The notes: generated by a model not told the origin, from the sequence alone. Counted from the first letter of the stretch, positions 20,751 to 30,978 are shown. The stretch is DNA of 64,000 nucleotides from Zoogloeaceae bacterium (GCA_031273565.1 JAISRR010000175.1:10651-74650); one strand, 5' to 3'. Program-made: numbers and translations.

Positions 20751-20782
20751 GGACTGAAGACAGATGACGGAAGATAGATGGA
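20741..20782 (+). repeat. Heptamer tandem repeat (consensus about WGARGAC)
   Basis: AGAGGAC TGAGGAC TGAAGAC AGATGAC GGAAGAT; contains the stop codon of the upstream gene. Confidence 0.75.
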
Positions 20783-20832
20783 TTTTCTTCTGAAAGGCTT
20801 AGAATTCGTCCTTTCGCCTTCAAAGAATCGCC

Positions 20833-22365
20833 ATGCACCCGGATTACCTGCAAAAAATACTGACTTCCCAGGTCTACGACCTCGCGGAAGAAACCGACCT
20901 GGATTTCGCGCCCAACCTTTCCGCCCGCGTCGGCAATCGCATTTATCTGAAGCGCGAGGACATGCAGCCGGTGTTCTCTTTCAAGCTCCGGGGGGCGTAC
21001 AACAAAATCGCCAGCCTGTCCGCCGAAAAGCTGAAACACGGCGTCATCTGCGCTTCCGCCGGCAACCACGCCCAGGGCGTCGCCATGTCGGCGGCGCATC
21101 TCGGTTGCCGGGCGGTAATCGTTATGCCCGTCACCACGCCCGCAATCAAGGTGGATGCCGTCAAAAAGCGCGGCGGCGAGGTGGTGCTGGCCGGAGATTC
21201 CTACGACAGCGCCTACGCCCGCGCCCTGGAACTGGAAAAGGCGGAAAAACTCACCTTCATCCACCCCTTTGACGACCCGGAAGTCATCGCCGGACAAGGC
21301 ACCATCGGCATGGAAATCCTGCGCCAGCATTCTGCGCACGCCGGCAATATCCACGCCGTTTTTGTCGCCATCGGCGGCGGCGGCCTGGCATCGGGCGTAG
21401 CCGCCTACATCAAGGCCGTGCGCCCCGAAATCAAGGTGATCGGCGTGGAAACCTTCGACGCCGACGCCATGCGCCAGTCGATCGCGGCAGGCAAGCGGGT
21501 GCGACTGGAACAGGTCGGCCTGTTTGCCGACGGTACGGCGGTGCAGCTGGTCGGCGAGGAAACCTTTCGCCTGTGCCGGGAATTACTGGACGACATCGTG
21601 CGGGTAGACACCGACGCCACCTGCGCGGCGATCAAGGATGTGTTCGAAGATACCCGCTCCATTCTGGAACCTTCCGGCGCGCTCGCCATCGCCGGGGCGA
21701 AGGAATACATCCGCCAGCACAAGCTGAAAGACAAGATGCTGGTCGCCGTGGCGTCCGGGGCCAACACCAATTTCGACCGTCTGCGCTTCGTCGCCGAACG
21801 CGCCGAAATCGGCGAACAGCGCGAGGCGGTGCTCTCCGTGACCCTGCCCGAACAACCCGGCGCTTACAAGAAATTCGTCACCCTGATTGGCCGCCACAAC
21901 ATCACGGAATTCAATTATCGCTATCACGAATTGAAAGAAGCGCATGTGTATGTCGGCATTCAGGTCGCCAGCCGCGCCGAATCCCTGAAACTGGTCGATG
22001 TCCTGAAAAAACACGGCTACCCGACGCTTGACCTCTCGGAAGACGAAGCCGCCAAGCTGCACATCCGCCATATGGTCGGCGGGCATGCGCCGCAAGTGCG
22101 CGACAGCGGCATGAGCGAGCGGGTCTACCGCTTCGAATTCCCCGAACGTCCCGGCGCGCTGATGAATTTCCTGAACCAGATGAGCGCCGATTGGAACATC
22201 AGCCTGTTCCACTACAGAAACCACGGCGCGGACACAGGCCGGGTGCTGGTCGGCATGCAGGTGCCCCCCGCCGACGCCGCCAACTTCCACGCCTTTCTGG
22301 AAAAACTCGGCTACCGCTACTGGGACGAAAGCGAAAACCCGGCCTATCGGCTGTTTCTGGGCTGA
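20833..22365 (+). CDS. ilvA: Biosynthetic threonine ammonia-lyase
   Basis: KREDMQPVFSFKLRGA, SAGNHAQG, and C-terminal FEFPERPGAL and FHYRNHG. Confidence 0.97.
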   Translation: MHPDYLQKILTSQVYDLAEETDLDFAPNLSARVGNRIYLKREDMQPVFSFKLRGAYNKIASLSAEKLKHGVICASAGNHAQGVAMSAAHLGCRAVIVMPVTTPAIKVDAVKKRGGEVVLAGDSYDSAYARALELEKAEKLTFIHPFDDPEVIAGQGTIGMEILRQHSAHAGNIHAVFVAIGGGGLASGVAAYIKAVRPEIKVIGVETFDADAMRQSIAAGKRVRLEQVGLFADGTAVQLVGEETFRLCRELLDDIVRVDTDATCAAIKDVFEDTRSILEPSGALAIAGAKEYIRQHKLKDKMLVAVASGANTNFDRLRFVAERAEIGEQREAVLSVTLPEQPGAYKKFVTLIGRHNITEFNYRYHELKEAHVYVGIQVASRAESLKLVDVLKKHGYPTLDLSEDEAAKLHIRHMVGGHAPQVRDSGMSERVYRFEFPERPGALMNFLNQMSADWNISLFHYRNHGADTGRVLVGMQVPPADAANFHAFLEKLGYRYWDESENPAYRLFLG

Positions 22366-22371
22366 AATACG

Positions 22372-23325
22372 ATGCGTAATGTCACACCGCCAACTCGACA
22401 AACAACGCTACCCAAGCGCAGTGTTTCCCCCATTTATCTGGATGCAGCGCCCCCGCTTGCAACCGCTACCGTTATTCACCTGCGTAAGCGCGCGCAACGT
22501 CGCATTGCCTTTGGCTGGTATGGCGGTAAATTTTCTCATCTCGACTGGCTGTTGCCCCTGCTTCCCCCTTGCCATCATTATTGCGAACCTTTCGCCGGTT
22601 CTGGCGCGGTGCTTATCAACCGTGCTCCGGCGCCAGTGGAAACCTATAACGACATTGACGGGGAAGTCGTTAATTTTTTTGGCGTCCTGCGCGATGAACA
22701 CGAAGCCTTGATTCGGGCCATCGCCCTGACCCCCTTTTCACGTGAGGAATACCATCTCGCTGTAAATGGCGATATGGAAGGCATCAACGCCATTGAGCGG
22801 GCCCGACGGTTTTATGTCCGGGCGCGACAAACGCGCACCGGCCTGGCGCAAACGGCATCCCTTGGTCGTTGGGCGAATTGCAAGGAAACGAGCCGTTCCG
22901 GTATGTCGGGTGTCGTGTCGCGCTGGTTGGGCGGAGTGGAAGCACTGGATGAAATCGCCGCCCGTTTTTTGCGCGTACAAATCGAAAACCGTCCGGCCCT
23001 TGATGTTATCCGGCTGTATGACAGCCCGCAAACGCTTTTCTACTGCGACCCCCCTTATTTGCACGCTACACGTGGTGACGCCAGGGCTTACGGTTTTGAG
23101 ATGGACGAACAGGCGCACCGGGAACTGGCCAATGCGCTCAATGCGTGCGTGGGCATGGTCGCTGTTTCTGGTTACGAACATCCCTTGATGGATGAACTGT
23201 TCAGCCCGCAGCACTGGCATAAAATCCGGGGGCCGGAGAAAACCATCCATTCAACCAAGGGCATACGCGCGGAAGCGTTGTGGACAAATTACGCCCCGCA
23301 AAAACAACCAGGGCTTTTCGCATGA
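22372..23325 (+). CDS. DNA adenine methyltransferase (D12/alpha class)
   Basis: WYGGK, motif I EPFAGSGAV, YNDID, motif IV DPPY. Confidence 0.92.
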   Translation: MRNVTPPTRQTTLPKRSVSPIYLDAAPPLATATVIHLRKRAQRRIAFGWYGGKFSHLDWLLPLLPPCHHYCEPFAGSGAVLINRAPAPVETYNDIDGEVVNFFGVLRDEHEALIRAIALTPFSREEYHLAVNGDMEGINAIERARRFYVRARQTRTGLAQTASLGRWANCKETSRSGMSGVVSRWLGGVEALDEIAARFLRVQIENRPALDVIRLYDSPQTLFYCDPPYLHATRGDARAYGFEMDEQAHRELANALNACVGMVAVSGYEHPLMDELFSPQHWHKIRGPEKTIHSTKGIRAEALWTNYAPQKQPGLFA

Positions 23326-24443
23326 CACCGGAAAGAATCTTGCAGGGCATTCATGCGCGTGCCGCCAAAGCGTTGAACACCCCGGTTATCACAGACCCGG
23401 CAATTCAGAAACGTGTTGATTATGTCTGCCGCTGCATGAGTAACCGCGCTGGAGTACGATTGCTGATGTCTTGTCTGCTGGGCAAGCTGGACAAACCGCA
23501 GGTCGACCCACGCAAGCCCTATACCGAAATTGGTGGCGAAGACTGCTTTTCGGGACGTGCCTATGATGAACGCTACCTGACCCGGTTTATCAACACACAC
23601 CGGCTACCTGTTAATCAGACCACGGCGTTCTTGACGCCAACATTGCGTAATATCAACCATCCGTTGACTGTCGACCAGCAACTCGTTGGCAGACCGCGCG
23701 ACCTCTATCAGAATACGCTGGCATTACTGGAAGATGTGGCCCTTCAGCGCGTTGCCGCAGACACGCTTTTTGTGGAAATCGTGCGCGTACTCATGTTGTT
23801 GCGTGACGAAAAGCTGGCCCGAATGGACTCCTTATTGAATGCGCTGGCACATACCGAAGGCGCGTTGCCACTCGCTTCCGAGGCTATCGTCACCTTGATT
23901 GGTCAGCATCTCGCTTGCAGAAATGCCAGCCGTTTGCCTGTGCTGGTCGTGGCTGCGGCCTATAAAGTCGCAGGAGAACGACTGGCAGAAAGCGTATTGC
24001 CTCTGAATGCGCACAATGCCGCTGATTTACAAACCGGGGCTTTGGGCGATGTTGAAATCTGTCTGTCGGGCGAGCATTCCGTCATTACCGCCTATGAAAT
24101 GAAAATGAAACGTGTCACGCAAGATGACATCGACGTTGCCGTCGACAAGATTGTCAGGGGGAAAAACAGGATTCATAACTACCTGTTCGTCACCACCGAC
24201 ACCATTGACCCCATTGTGACCGAGTATGCCTCAACGTTTTATGAAAAAACCGAGGGTACCGAGATTGCCATCCTTGATTGCATCGGTTTTTTGCGACATT
24301 TTCTGCATTTTTTCCATCGCATCCGCGCCAATTATCTGGATGCCTATCAAACCTTACTTTTACAGGAACCGGATTCTGCCGTCAGTCAAAGTCTGAAAGA
24401 AGCTTTTCTAGCCTTGCGTCAGGCAGCGGAAAGTGGTGAATAG
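23322..24443 (+). CDS. Putative type II restriction endonuclease (PD-(D/E)xK; possibly SacI-like)
   Basis: ATGA overlap with the MTase; GDVEI...YEMK candidate catalytic motif. The family assignment is from recall and unverified. Confidence 0.62.
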   Translation: MTPERILQGIHARAAKALNTPVITDPAIQKRVDYVCRCMSNRAGVRLLMSCLLGKLDKPQVDPRKPYTEIGGEDCFSGRAYDERYLTRFINTHRLPVNQTTAFLTPTLRNINHPLTVDQQLVGRPRDLYQNTLALLEDVALQRVAADTLFVEIVRVLMLLRDEKLARMDSLLNALAHTEGALPLASEAIVTLIGQHLACRNASRLPVLVVAAAYKVAGERLAESVLPLNAHNAADLQTGALGDVEICLSGEHSVITAYEMKMKRVTQDDIDVAVDKIVRGKNRIHNYLFVTTDTIDPIVTEYASTFYEKTEGTEIAILDCIGFLRHFLHFFHRIRANYLDAYQTLLLQEPDSAVSQSLKEAFLALRQAAESGE

Positions 24444-24453
24444 GGATTTGAGA

Positions 24454-25614
24454 ATGTACGATTTCAGGCACATCCCCGACCGGCGCGGCAGCGATTCGAT
24501 GAAATGGGGTAAATACGCCGGACGGGACATCCTGCCCCTGTGGGTGGCGGATATGGACTTTGCCGCGCCGCCCGCCGTGCTGGAAGCCTTGCGGGAACGG
24601 CTGGCGCATGGCGTGCTGGGTTATGGCGCGCCCCAACCATCGCAGGTCGACGCGGTGCTGGCTTATCTGGAACGCCAGTATGACTGGCGCATTGATGCGG
24701 AATGGCTGGTCTGGCTGCCGGGGCTGGTGACGGGGCTGAATGTCGCCTGTCGCGGCGTGGGCGGCGGCGTGTTGGCGCATACGCCGGTATATCCGCCTTT
24801 TCTGGCCGCGCCGCGCCATTCCGCTCAGCCGCTGCAACGGGCGCCGCTCGCGCTGCGGCGGCGGGAAGATGATGCGTATTGGGAAATGGACGCCGAAGCG
24901 ATGACCGCCGCCTGCGTACCGGGAACGAACCTCCTGCTCTTCTGCCATCCGCACAACCCGGTCGGGCGTTGCTGGCGGCAGGCGGAACTGGAACGGGTCG
25001 CCGACTTCGCCGTCCGCCACGACCTCATCGTCTGTTCCGACGAAATCCATTGCGACCTGATTCTGGACGCAGACCGGCGTCACCTGCCTTTCGCGCGCCT
25101 GGGCGAAGACGCGGCGCGGCGCAGCATCACCCTGATGTCGCCCTCCAAGACCTTCAACATCCCCGGCCTCGCCTGCGCCTTCGCGGTGATTCCCGATGCA
25201 AAGTTGCGCCAGCGTTTTATCCGCGCCATGGCGGGCATCGTGCCGCATGTGAATGTGTTGGGGCTGGTCGCCTGCGAAGCCGCGTTCCGCCACTGCGACG
25301 ACTGGCGGCAGGCATTGCTCGCCACCCTGCGCCGCAACCGCGACCGGCTGGAAGCGACGGTCGCCCGCCTGCCCGGCCTTGCCATGACGCACATCGAAGC
25401 CACCTATCTGGCGTGGCTGGACGTGCGACAACTCGACCTCGCCAATCCCGTTGCGTATTTTGAGTCGCAAGGTCTGGGGCTTTCCAATGGCGCGGATTTC
25501 GGCGCGCCGGGTTGGGTGCGGCTCAATTTCGGCTGCGCGCCCGAACTTCTGGACCATGCGCTCGTCCGTCTTCAACAGGCCATCGAACATGTTGCTACCG
25601 CCCCCCGCGTTTGA
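24454..25614 (+). CDS. MalY/PatB family PLP-dependent C-S lyase
   Basis: PLWVADMDF, HPHNPVG, SDEIH, PSKTFNIPG and RLNFGC. Confidence 0.92.
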   Translation: MYDFRHIPDRRGSDSMKWGKYAGRDILPLWVADMDFAAPPAVLEALRERLAHGVLGYGAPQPSQVDAVLAYLERQYDWRIDAEWLVWLPGLVTGLNVACRGVGGGVLAHTPVYPPFLAAPRHSAQPLQRAPLALRRREDDAYWEMDAEAMTAACVPGTNLLLFCHPHNPVGRCWRQAELERVADFAVRHDLIVCSDEIHCDLILDADRRHLPFARLGEDAARRSITLMSPSKTFNIPGLACAFAVIPDAKLRQRFIRAMAGIVPHVNVLGLVACEAAFRHCDDWRQALLATLRRNRDRLEATVARLPGLAMTHIEATYLAWLDVRQLDLANPVAYFESQGLGLSNGADFGAPGWVRLNFGCAPELLDHALVRLQQAIEHVATAPRV

Positions 25615-25927
25615 ATACTCACCCTACTTCTTCTCGTTGCTGGGGCTGGGTCTGGCGGTGAGCATACAGGTCATGTCCGTTTTCCTGATCTGGAAACAAT
25701 GGCTGGCCGCCGCCGTATTCAAACACGCCCCCTGGCGCACGCCCTGGCTGGCGTTGGGACTGGGCGTCCTGTTCCTGTTGCGGCAGTGCTGGTCGGCACT
25801 GGAATTCTCCCTCGTCACGGGCGTGTATGACGTTAACGCCGTCTGCAATCATCTGATCGCCGCGTTTTTCCTGTTGCTGGCGATTATCGGGTTTTCGGTG
25901 CCCAGAGGGCAGAAGACAGAGGACTGA
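25589..25927 (+). CDS. Hypothetical membrane protein (3 TM)
   Basis: Hydrophobic ORF overlapping the end of the malY-like gene; ends inside a heptamer repeat. Confidence 0.55.
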   Translation: MLLPPPAFEYSPYFFSLLGLGLAVSIQVMSVFLIWKQWLAAAVFKHAPWRTPWLALGLGVLFLLRQCWSALEFSLVTGVYDVNAVCNHLIAAFFLLLAIIGFSVPRGQKTED

Positions 25928-26054
25928 AGACAGTAAAGTTGGAGGCGCTTTGCGCCACCTCCATCGGAGAGGGAGGCCCAATTAGCAGCGCGTAGCGCCG
26001 GAAACCCTACTGTCCTCTGTCCTCTGTCCTCTGTCTTCTGTCTTCTGCCCCCCC
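25904..26054. repeat. Inverted heptamer-arm repeat element
   Basis: Left arm AGAGGGC AGAAGAC AGAGGAC TGAAGAC AGTA; right arm TACT (GTCCTCT)3 (GTCTTCT)2 GCCC. Confidence 0.8.
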
Positions 26055-26608
26055 TGCTCCGTAAACACCCAATCCACGGGCTGATCGTGCGCTTCCGGCT
26101 GGATGCTCGCCACGCGCCCCATCTCGAACCCCACGCCCAACACCAGCGGGCGCGGCTGCAAAACGGCAAGGGTGCGGTCGAAGAAACCGCCGCCGTAGCC
26201 CAGCCGGTAGCCTGCCGCGTCAAAGGCGTTCAGCGCCATGATGATGACGTCGGGGATGATTTCCGGCCCACCGGTCGGCGTGGGAATGCCATAGCGGTCG
26301 GGCGCGAGCGGCGTTTCCGGCGTCCAAGGGCGAAAAACCAGCGGCGCGTGTCGGGCCAGCACCACCGGCAACAGCGTCGTTGCGCCCTGCGCCCGCCAGA
26401 TGGCGGCGGCGGCGCGCACGTCCGGCTCGTTCTGAATCGGCCAGCAGCAGGCGATACGCTCCCCCGGCGGCTGCGGAAAAACGCGCAGCAGATGCCCGAC
26501 CAGCCGCTCCGACCACGCGGCGACCTGTTCGACAGGCTCAGCCCGCCGCGCCGCCAGCAGTTTTTGACGCAATTGTGCGCGGGCTGGCGTTCCGGCAGGC
26601 CACTTCAT
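25982..26608 (-). CDS. 5-formyltetrahydrofolate cyclo-ligase
   Basis: WPIQNEPD, YGIPTP, GYRLGYGGGFFDRTL and PEAHDQPVD. Confidence 0.92.
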   Translation of the reverse strand: MKWPAGTPARAQLRQKLLAARRAEPVEQVAAWSERLVGHLLRVFPQPPGERIACCWPIQNEPDVRAAAAIWRAQGATTLLPVVLARHAPLVFRPWTPETPLAPDRYGIPTPTGGPEIIPDVIIMALNAFDAAGYRLGYGGGFFDRTLAVLQPRPLVLGVGFEMGRVASIQPEAHDQPVDWVFTEQGGQKTEDRGQRTEDSRVSGATRC

Positions 26609-26658
26609 GTTATGCTGGAAAACTGAATTGCTTTCGATATCCATTCCCCCATTTAACC

Positions 26659-28629
26659 ATGAAGCCGCCTGTTTTTTTCACCCGTTTTTGCCTCGCCTGC
26701 GCCCTGACGATCGTACTGGCGATTTCAGGATCCGCCTCTGCGGAAGAATCCGCAGGCGAACGCCAGTTTCTCGACGCGCGCGAAGCCTTCCGGGTCGGCG
26801 ACCGCGCGAAACTGGAGCAACTGAACGCCCAACTCATTGATGACGCGCTGGCGCCTTATGTTGAATATTATCTGTTGCGGCAGGGCATCGAGCGCCAGGA
26901 CGCGGCGACGATCAAAGCCTTCATCCGGCAGGAGGAGGGCAGCTATCTGGGCGAACGCCTGCGCGCCGACTGGATCAAGGTTCTGGGCAAACAGGGACGC
27001 TGGTCGGAAGTGTCGCAGCAATACGCGCAACTCAAGGCGCCCGATCTGGAATCCCGCTGTCTGAAGATTCAGGCGGTGACGCATCTGGGCGATACGGCAG
27101 CGCGGCAACAAAGCCAGGCCGACGCCGAAACCCTCTGGCAGACCGTCATCAGCGTTCCCGAAGGTTGCCAACCCCTGTTTGCGCGCCTGGGCGAAATGGT
27201 CAGTGACGATGTGTACTGGAGCCGCGTGCACATGTTGTTCGAACGGGGCAAAACGGATCTGGCGCGGCGGGTATTACGCTTTTTGCCCCGCGAACAGCAA
27301 CCGGACGCCAAACAACTCGACCAGCTCATCAGCCAGCCGCGTATCTGGCTGGCGCGCCAAAAACCGGCAAGTATGGGCGGCAGCCGCGTCCGCCGTGAAG
27401 TCGTGGCGCTGGCGATTACCCGTCTGGCGCAGAACGACCCCGTTGTCGCCGCCGAACAACTGGAACAGTGGCGCGCGCATCTGGGCGCGCAGACGACCGC
27501 CTGGTGTTGGGCGCAGATTGGCTTGCAGGGCGCGCGCCGCCATTTGCCGGAAGCCTCTGCATGGTTCGCCCGCAGCACACCGGAACTCCTCACCGACGAC
27601 GCCGCCGAATGGCGTGTGCGCGCCGCCCTGCGCGCGCAAAAATGGGATTTGGTGCGCCTCGCCATTGAACAGATGCCGCAGGAATTGCAGGCGCGTCCGG
27701 CCTGGGTTTACTGGCTGGGGCGCGCTCACAAGGCAGCGGGTCGCACACACGAGGCGCGCGCGCAATTCGCCTCGCTGCGCGGACTGCCGGAATTTTACGG
27801 CAACCTCGCCGATGAAGAATTGGGACAGCGCATCACCGTTCCACCACTCGCCCTGCCCCCGCACGCCGACGAACTGTTTTATGCGCGGACCTTGCCGGGG
27901 ATTGTGCGCGCCCTGGCCTTGTTCCGCCTCGATTTACGCATCGACGCCATCCGCGAATGGAACTGGACGTTACGCGACATGGATGACCGGCAACTGCTGG
28001 CCGCCGCCACGCTGGCGCGCGAATACCACCTGTATGACCGCGCCATCAACGCCGCCGACAAGACCCGCAGCCAACACGACTATTCCCTGCGTTTTCTCGC
28101 CCCCTTCGAAGCCCAGGTGCGTCTTGCCGCGCGCGAACAAAATCTGGATGACGCCTGGGTCTATGGCCTGATGCGTCAGGAAAGCCGCTTCATCACCCAG
28201 GCCAAATCTTCCGTCGGCGCTTCCGGCCTGATGCAGTTGATGCCCGCCACCGCCAAGTGGGTGGCGAAAAAAATCGGCATCAAGGATTACGACCACCGCA
28301 CGGTCAACGATACGGACACCAACCTGCTTTTGGGCACCGCCTATATGCGCATGGTGCTGGAAAGTCTGCACCAGCATCCGGTGCTGGCTTCCGCCGCCTA
28401 CAACGCCGGCCCCGGCCGGGCAAAACGCTGGTGCGCCAATGAGCCGCTGGAAGGCGCGATTTACGCCGAAACCATTCCTTTTGACGAAACCCGGGATTAC
28501 GTTAAAAAAGTGATGAGCAACGCCGTGTATTACTCGGTGTTGTTTACCGGCGAACCGGCTTCCCTGCGCGAACGTCTGGGGACGGCTCCGGCACGGGACG
28601 GCACGAGCGTTCCCGCGGATTTGCCCTGA
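26659..28629 (+). CDS. slt: Soluble lytic murein transglycosylase (Slt70-like)
   Basis: MRQESRF, GLMQLMP, AYNAGPG and ETRDYVKKV; signal peptide. Confidence 0.92.
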   Translation: MKPPVFFTRFCLACALTIVLAISGSASAEESAGERQFLDAREAFRVGDRAKLEQLNAQLIDDALAPYVEYYLLRQGIERQDAATIKAFIRQEEGSYLGERLRADWIKVLGKQGRWSEVSQQYAQLKAPDLESRCLKIQAVTHLGDTAARQQSQADAETLWQTVISVPEGCQPLFARLGEMVSDDVYWSRVHMLFERGKTDLARRVLRFLPREQQPDAKQLDQLISQPRIWLARQKPASMGGSRVRREVVALAITRLAQNDPVVAAEQLEQWRAHLGAQTTAWCWAQIGLQGARRHLPEASAWFARSTPELLTDDAAEWRVRAALRAQKWDLVRLAIEQMPQELQARPAWVYWLGRAHKAAGRTHEARAQFASLRGLPEFYGNLADEELGQRITVPPLALPPHADELFYARTLPGIVRALALFRLDLRIDAIREWNWTLRDMDDRQLLAAATLAREYHLYDRAINAADKTRSQHDYSLRFLAPFEAQVRLAAREQNLDDAWVYGLMRQESRFITQAKSSVGASGLMQLMPATAKWVAKKIGIKDYDHRTVNDTDTNLLLGTAYMRMVLESLHQHPVLASAAYNAGPGRAKRWCANEPLEGAIYAETIPFDETRDYVKKVMSNAVYYSVLFTGEPASLRERLGTAPARDGTSVPADLP

Positions 28630-28726
28630 ATTTTGCCTTGCGCGTTTTCAGCGCCCCCGATCGTTCGCGGCGCGGGCGGTTGATTTGCCTTAGAATTCGA
28701 GCTTTCCTCCACACGATCACGCCACC

Positions 28727-29701
28727 ATGTCACAACACAAAATCCTGCTTCTGGGCGGCAGCGGTTTTCTGGGTTCCTATCTGGCCACCCGCCTCGCCCA
28801 ACGAGGGTACGCCATCACCCTTCCTTCCCGACGCCGCGAACGCAATCGACGCCTGATGACTTTGCCCGGCGTCGACATCATCGAGGCCGACCCGCACGAT
28901 CCCGCGCAACTGGCGGCGCTGGTCGCCCATCAGGACAGTGTCGTCAACCTCGTCGGCATTCTGCACAGCCGCGACGTGGCCTTGCCTTACAGCAAGGATT
29001 TTTTGCGCGCGCATGTGGAATTGCCGCAGAAAATCGTCGCCGCCATGCGCGCGAGCGGCGCGCGACGCCTCCTGCACGTCAGCGCCCTGAAAGCGGATGA
29101 GCGCGGCGCTTCCGAATACCTGCGTTCCAAGGGGGCGGGCGAAAACATCGTGCTGGCCGCCCGGGACACGCTGGAAGTGAGCGTATTCCGCCCGGCCACG
29201 ATGTTCGGCGCGGGCGACCATTTTCTTTCCATGCTCGCCCGCTGGCTTACGCTCCCCCTCCTACCGCTGGGCATGCTCGGAACACGCTTGCAGCCCGTCT
29301 GGGTCGCCGATGTGGCCGACGCCATCGCGCTAAGCATCGACGACGAGGCGACATTCGGGCAGGCTTACGATCTGGCCGGGCCGCAGGTATATACGCTGGC
29401 CGATCTGCTCGCTTACGTCGCCCGACTGACGGAGCGACGCACCCGCCTCCTGCCGCTCTCCGAGGGCTGGGCTTATTTGCAGGCCGGTTTGTGGTGGCTG
29501 CTCCCCAACCCGGAGCTGACCCAGGACAGCCTGCGCACCCTGCAAGCCGACACCATTCTGGACGCCAACAGCCGCCCGCCCGCCGTATGGCGTCCTGTCG
29601 CGCTGGAAACCATTGCGCCCACCTATCTCTCCCGCCATACGCCCAAAGCGCGGCTCGATTTTTATCGTGCCCATGCAAGGCGTGAGCTTGCGGGGAACTG
29701 A
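28727..29701 (+). CDS. NDUFA9-like atypical SDR / NAD-dependent epimerase
   Basis: GGSGFLG, VNLVGIL, YLRSK and QPVWVADVA; sits between slt and cca. Confidence 0.87.
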   Translation: MSQHKILLLGGSGFLGSYLATRLAQRGYAITLPSRRRERNRRLMTLPGVDIIEADPHDPAQLAALVAHQDSVVNLVGILHSRDVALPYSKDFLRAHVELPQKIVAAMRASGARRLLHVSALKADERGASEYLRSKGAGENIVLAARDTLEVSVFRPATMFGAGDHFLSMLARWLTLPLLPLGMLGTRLQPVWVADVADAIALSIDDEATFGQAYDLAGPQVYTLADLLAYVARLTERRTRLLPLSEGWAYLQAGLWWLLPNPELTQDSLRTLQADTILDANSRPPAVWRPVALETIAPTYLSRHTPKARLDFYRAHARRELAGN

Positions 29702-29718
29702 CCGGGGACAGAACCTCC

Positions 29719-30978
29719 GTGCGCATCTATGCCGTCGGCGGCGCGATTCGTGATGAACTTCTGGGACGGCCTGTCGCCGATCGGGATTATGTTGTGGTCG
29801 GCGCGACGCCGGAGATGTTGCTGGCGCAGGGATTCAAACCCGTCGGCAAGGATTTCCCGGTCTTTCTGCACCCGGAAACCCATGAGGAATACGCGCTGGC
29901 GCGCACCGAGCGCAAAAGCGGCAGGGGCTACTGCGGTTTTACCTTTTACGCCGCGCCGGACGTGCGCCTGGAAGACGACCTCGCCCGCCGCGACCTGACC
30001 ATCAACGCGATTGCCAGAGGCGACGATGGCGTGTTGATCGACCCGTTCAATGGTCGCGCCGATCTGGAAGCCAGGATTTTGCGGCATGTCGGCCCCGCCT
30101 TTGTCGAAGACCCGGTGCGCCTCCTGCGCCTTGCCCGCTTCGCCGCCCGTTTCGGCGATTTTTCCGTCGCGCCGGAAACGCTCACGCTGATGCGTGAGAT
30201 GGTGGCGAACGGCGAAGTCGATCATCTGGTCCCGGAGCGGGTATGGCAGGAAATTTCCACCGGCCTCATGGAAGCGCACCCGCAACGCATGATTGAAGTG
30301 TTGCGCGCTTGCGGGGCGCTGGCGCGGCTCATGCCGGAGGTCGACATCCTGTTCGACGTGCCGGAACGCGCCGACTATCACCCGGAAGGCAACACTGGCG
30401 CGCATCTCCTGCTCACGCTGGCGGCGGCGGCGCGCATGAATCTCGCGTTGCCCGCCCGTTTTGCCGTCCTGACGCACGATTTGGGCAAGGCGCTTACGCC
30501 GAAGGAAAACTGGCCGCGTCATTACGGCCACGCGAAACTCGGCGAAGCGCCGCTCATCAGCCTGTGCGCGCGGTTAAAAATTCCCGTGGACTGCCGCGAA
30601 CTCGCCCGGATGGCGGTGCGTGAACACGGCAACATGGCACATGTGGGCGGCGCGGCGGACGCGCTCACCCCCGCCAGCATGGTCAGCATCATGGAGCGCT
30701 GCGATGTCAAACGGCGTCCCGAACGCTTCGCCGATCTGCTGTCCGTCTGCGCCGCCGATCATCAAGGTCGTCTGGGGATGGAAGCGATGCCCTATCCCCA
30801 GCGCGACATCTGGAACACGGCGGCGGCGGCGTTTTGCGCCGTGGATGGCGGCGCCATCGCCCGCACTGTCGCCGATAAAACCAGAATTCCGGAACGCCTG
30901 CACGCCGCCAGAGTCATCGCCGTGCGCGCCGCGCTCGCTTCATTCACACCCACTGTAATTCCTCTGGAAAATTCATGA
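29719..30978 (+). CDS. cca: Multifunctional CCA tRNA nucleotidyltransferase
   Basis: VGGAIRD..DRD, RRDLTINAIA, EDPVRLLR and HD motif THDLGK. Confidence 0.95.
   Translation: MRIYAVGGAIRDELLGRPVADRDYVVVGATPEMLLAQGFKPVGKDFPVFLHPETHEEYALARTERKSGRGYCGFTFYAAPDVRLEDDLARRDLTINAIARGDDGVLIDPFNGRADLEARILRHVGPAFVEDPVRLLRLARFAARFGDFSVAPETLTLMREMVANGEVDHLVPERVWQEISTGLMEAHPQRMIEVLRACGALARLMPEVDILFDVPERADYHPEGNTGAHLLLTLAAAARMNLALPARFAVLTHDLGKALTPKENWPRHYGHAKLGEAPLISLCARLKIPVDCRELARMAVREHGNMAHVGGAADALTPASMVSIMERCDVKRRPERFADLLSVCAADHQGRLGMEAMPYPQRDIWNTAAAAFCAVDGGAIARTVADKTRIPERLHAARVIAVRAALASFTPTVIPLENS

Noticed and set aside
22372-24443. Assigning a recognition site to the R-M pair from site avoidance
   Set aside because: ATGCAT occurs several times (e.g. 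684, 19071). I noticed no GAGCTC but could not count reliably, and codon bias could explain its rarity.
26609-26658. 6S RNA upstream of the 5-formyl-THF cyclo-ligase
   Set aside because: Only 50 bp separate the gene from the divergent slt start, leaving no room.
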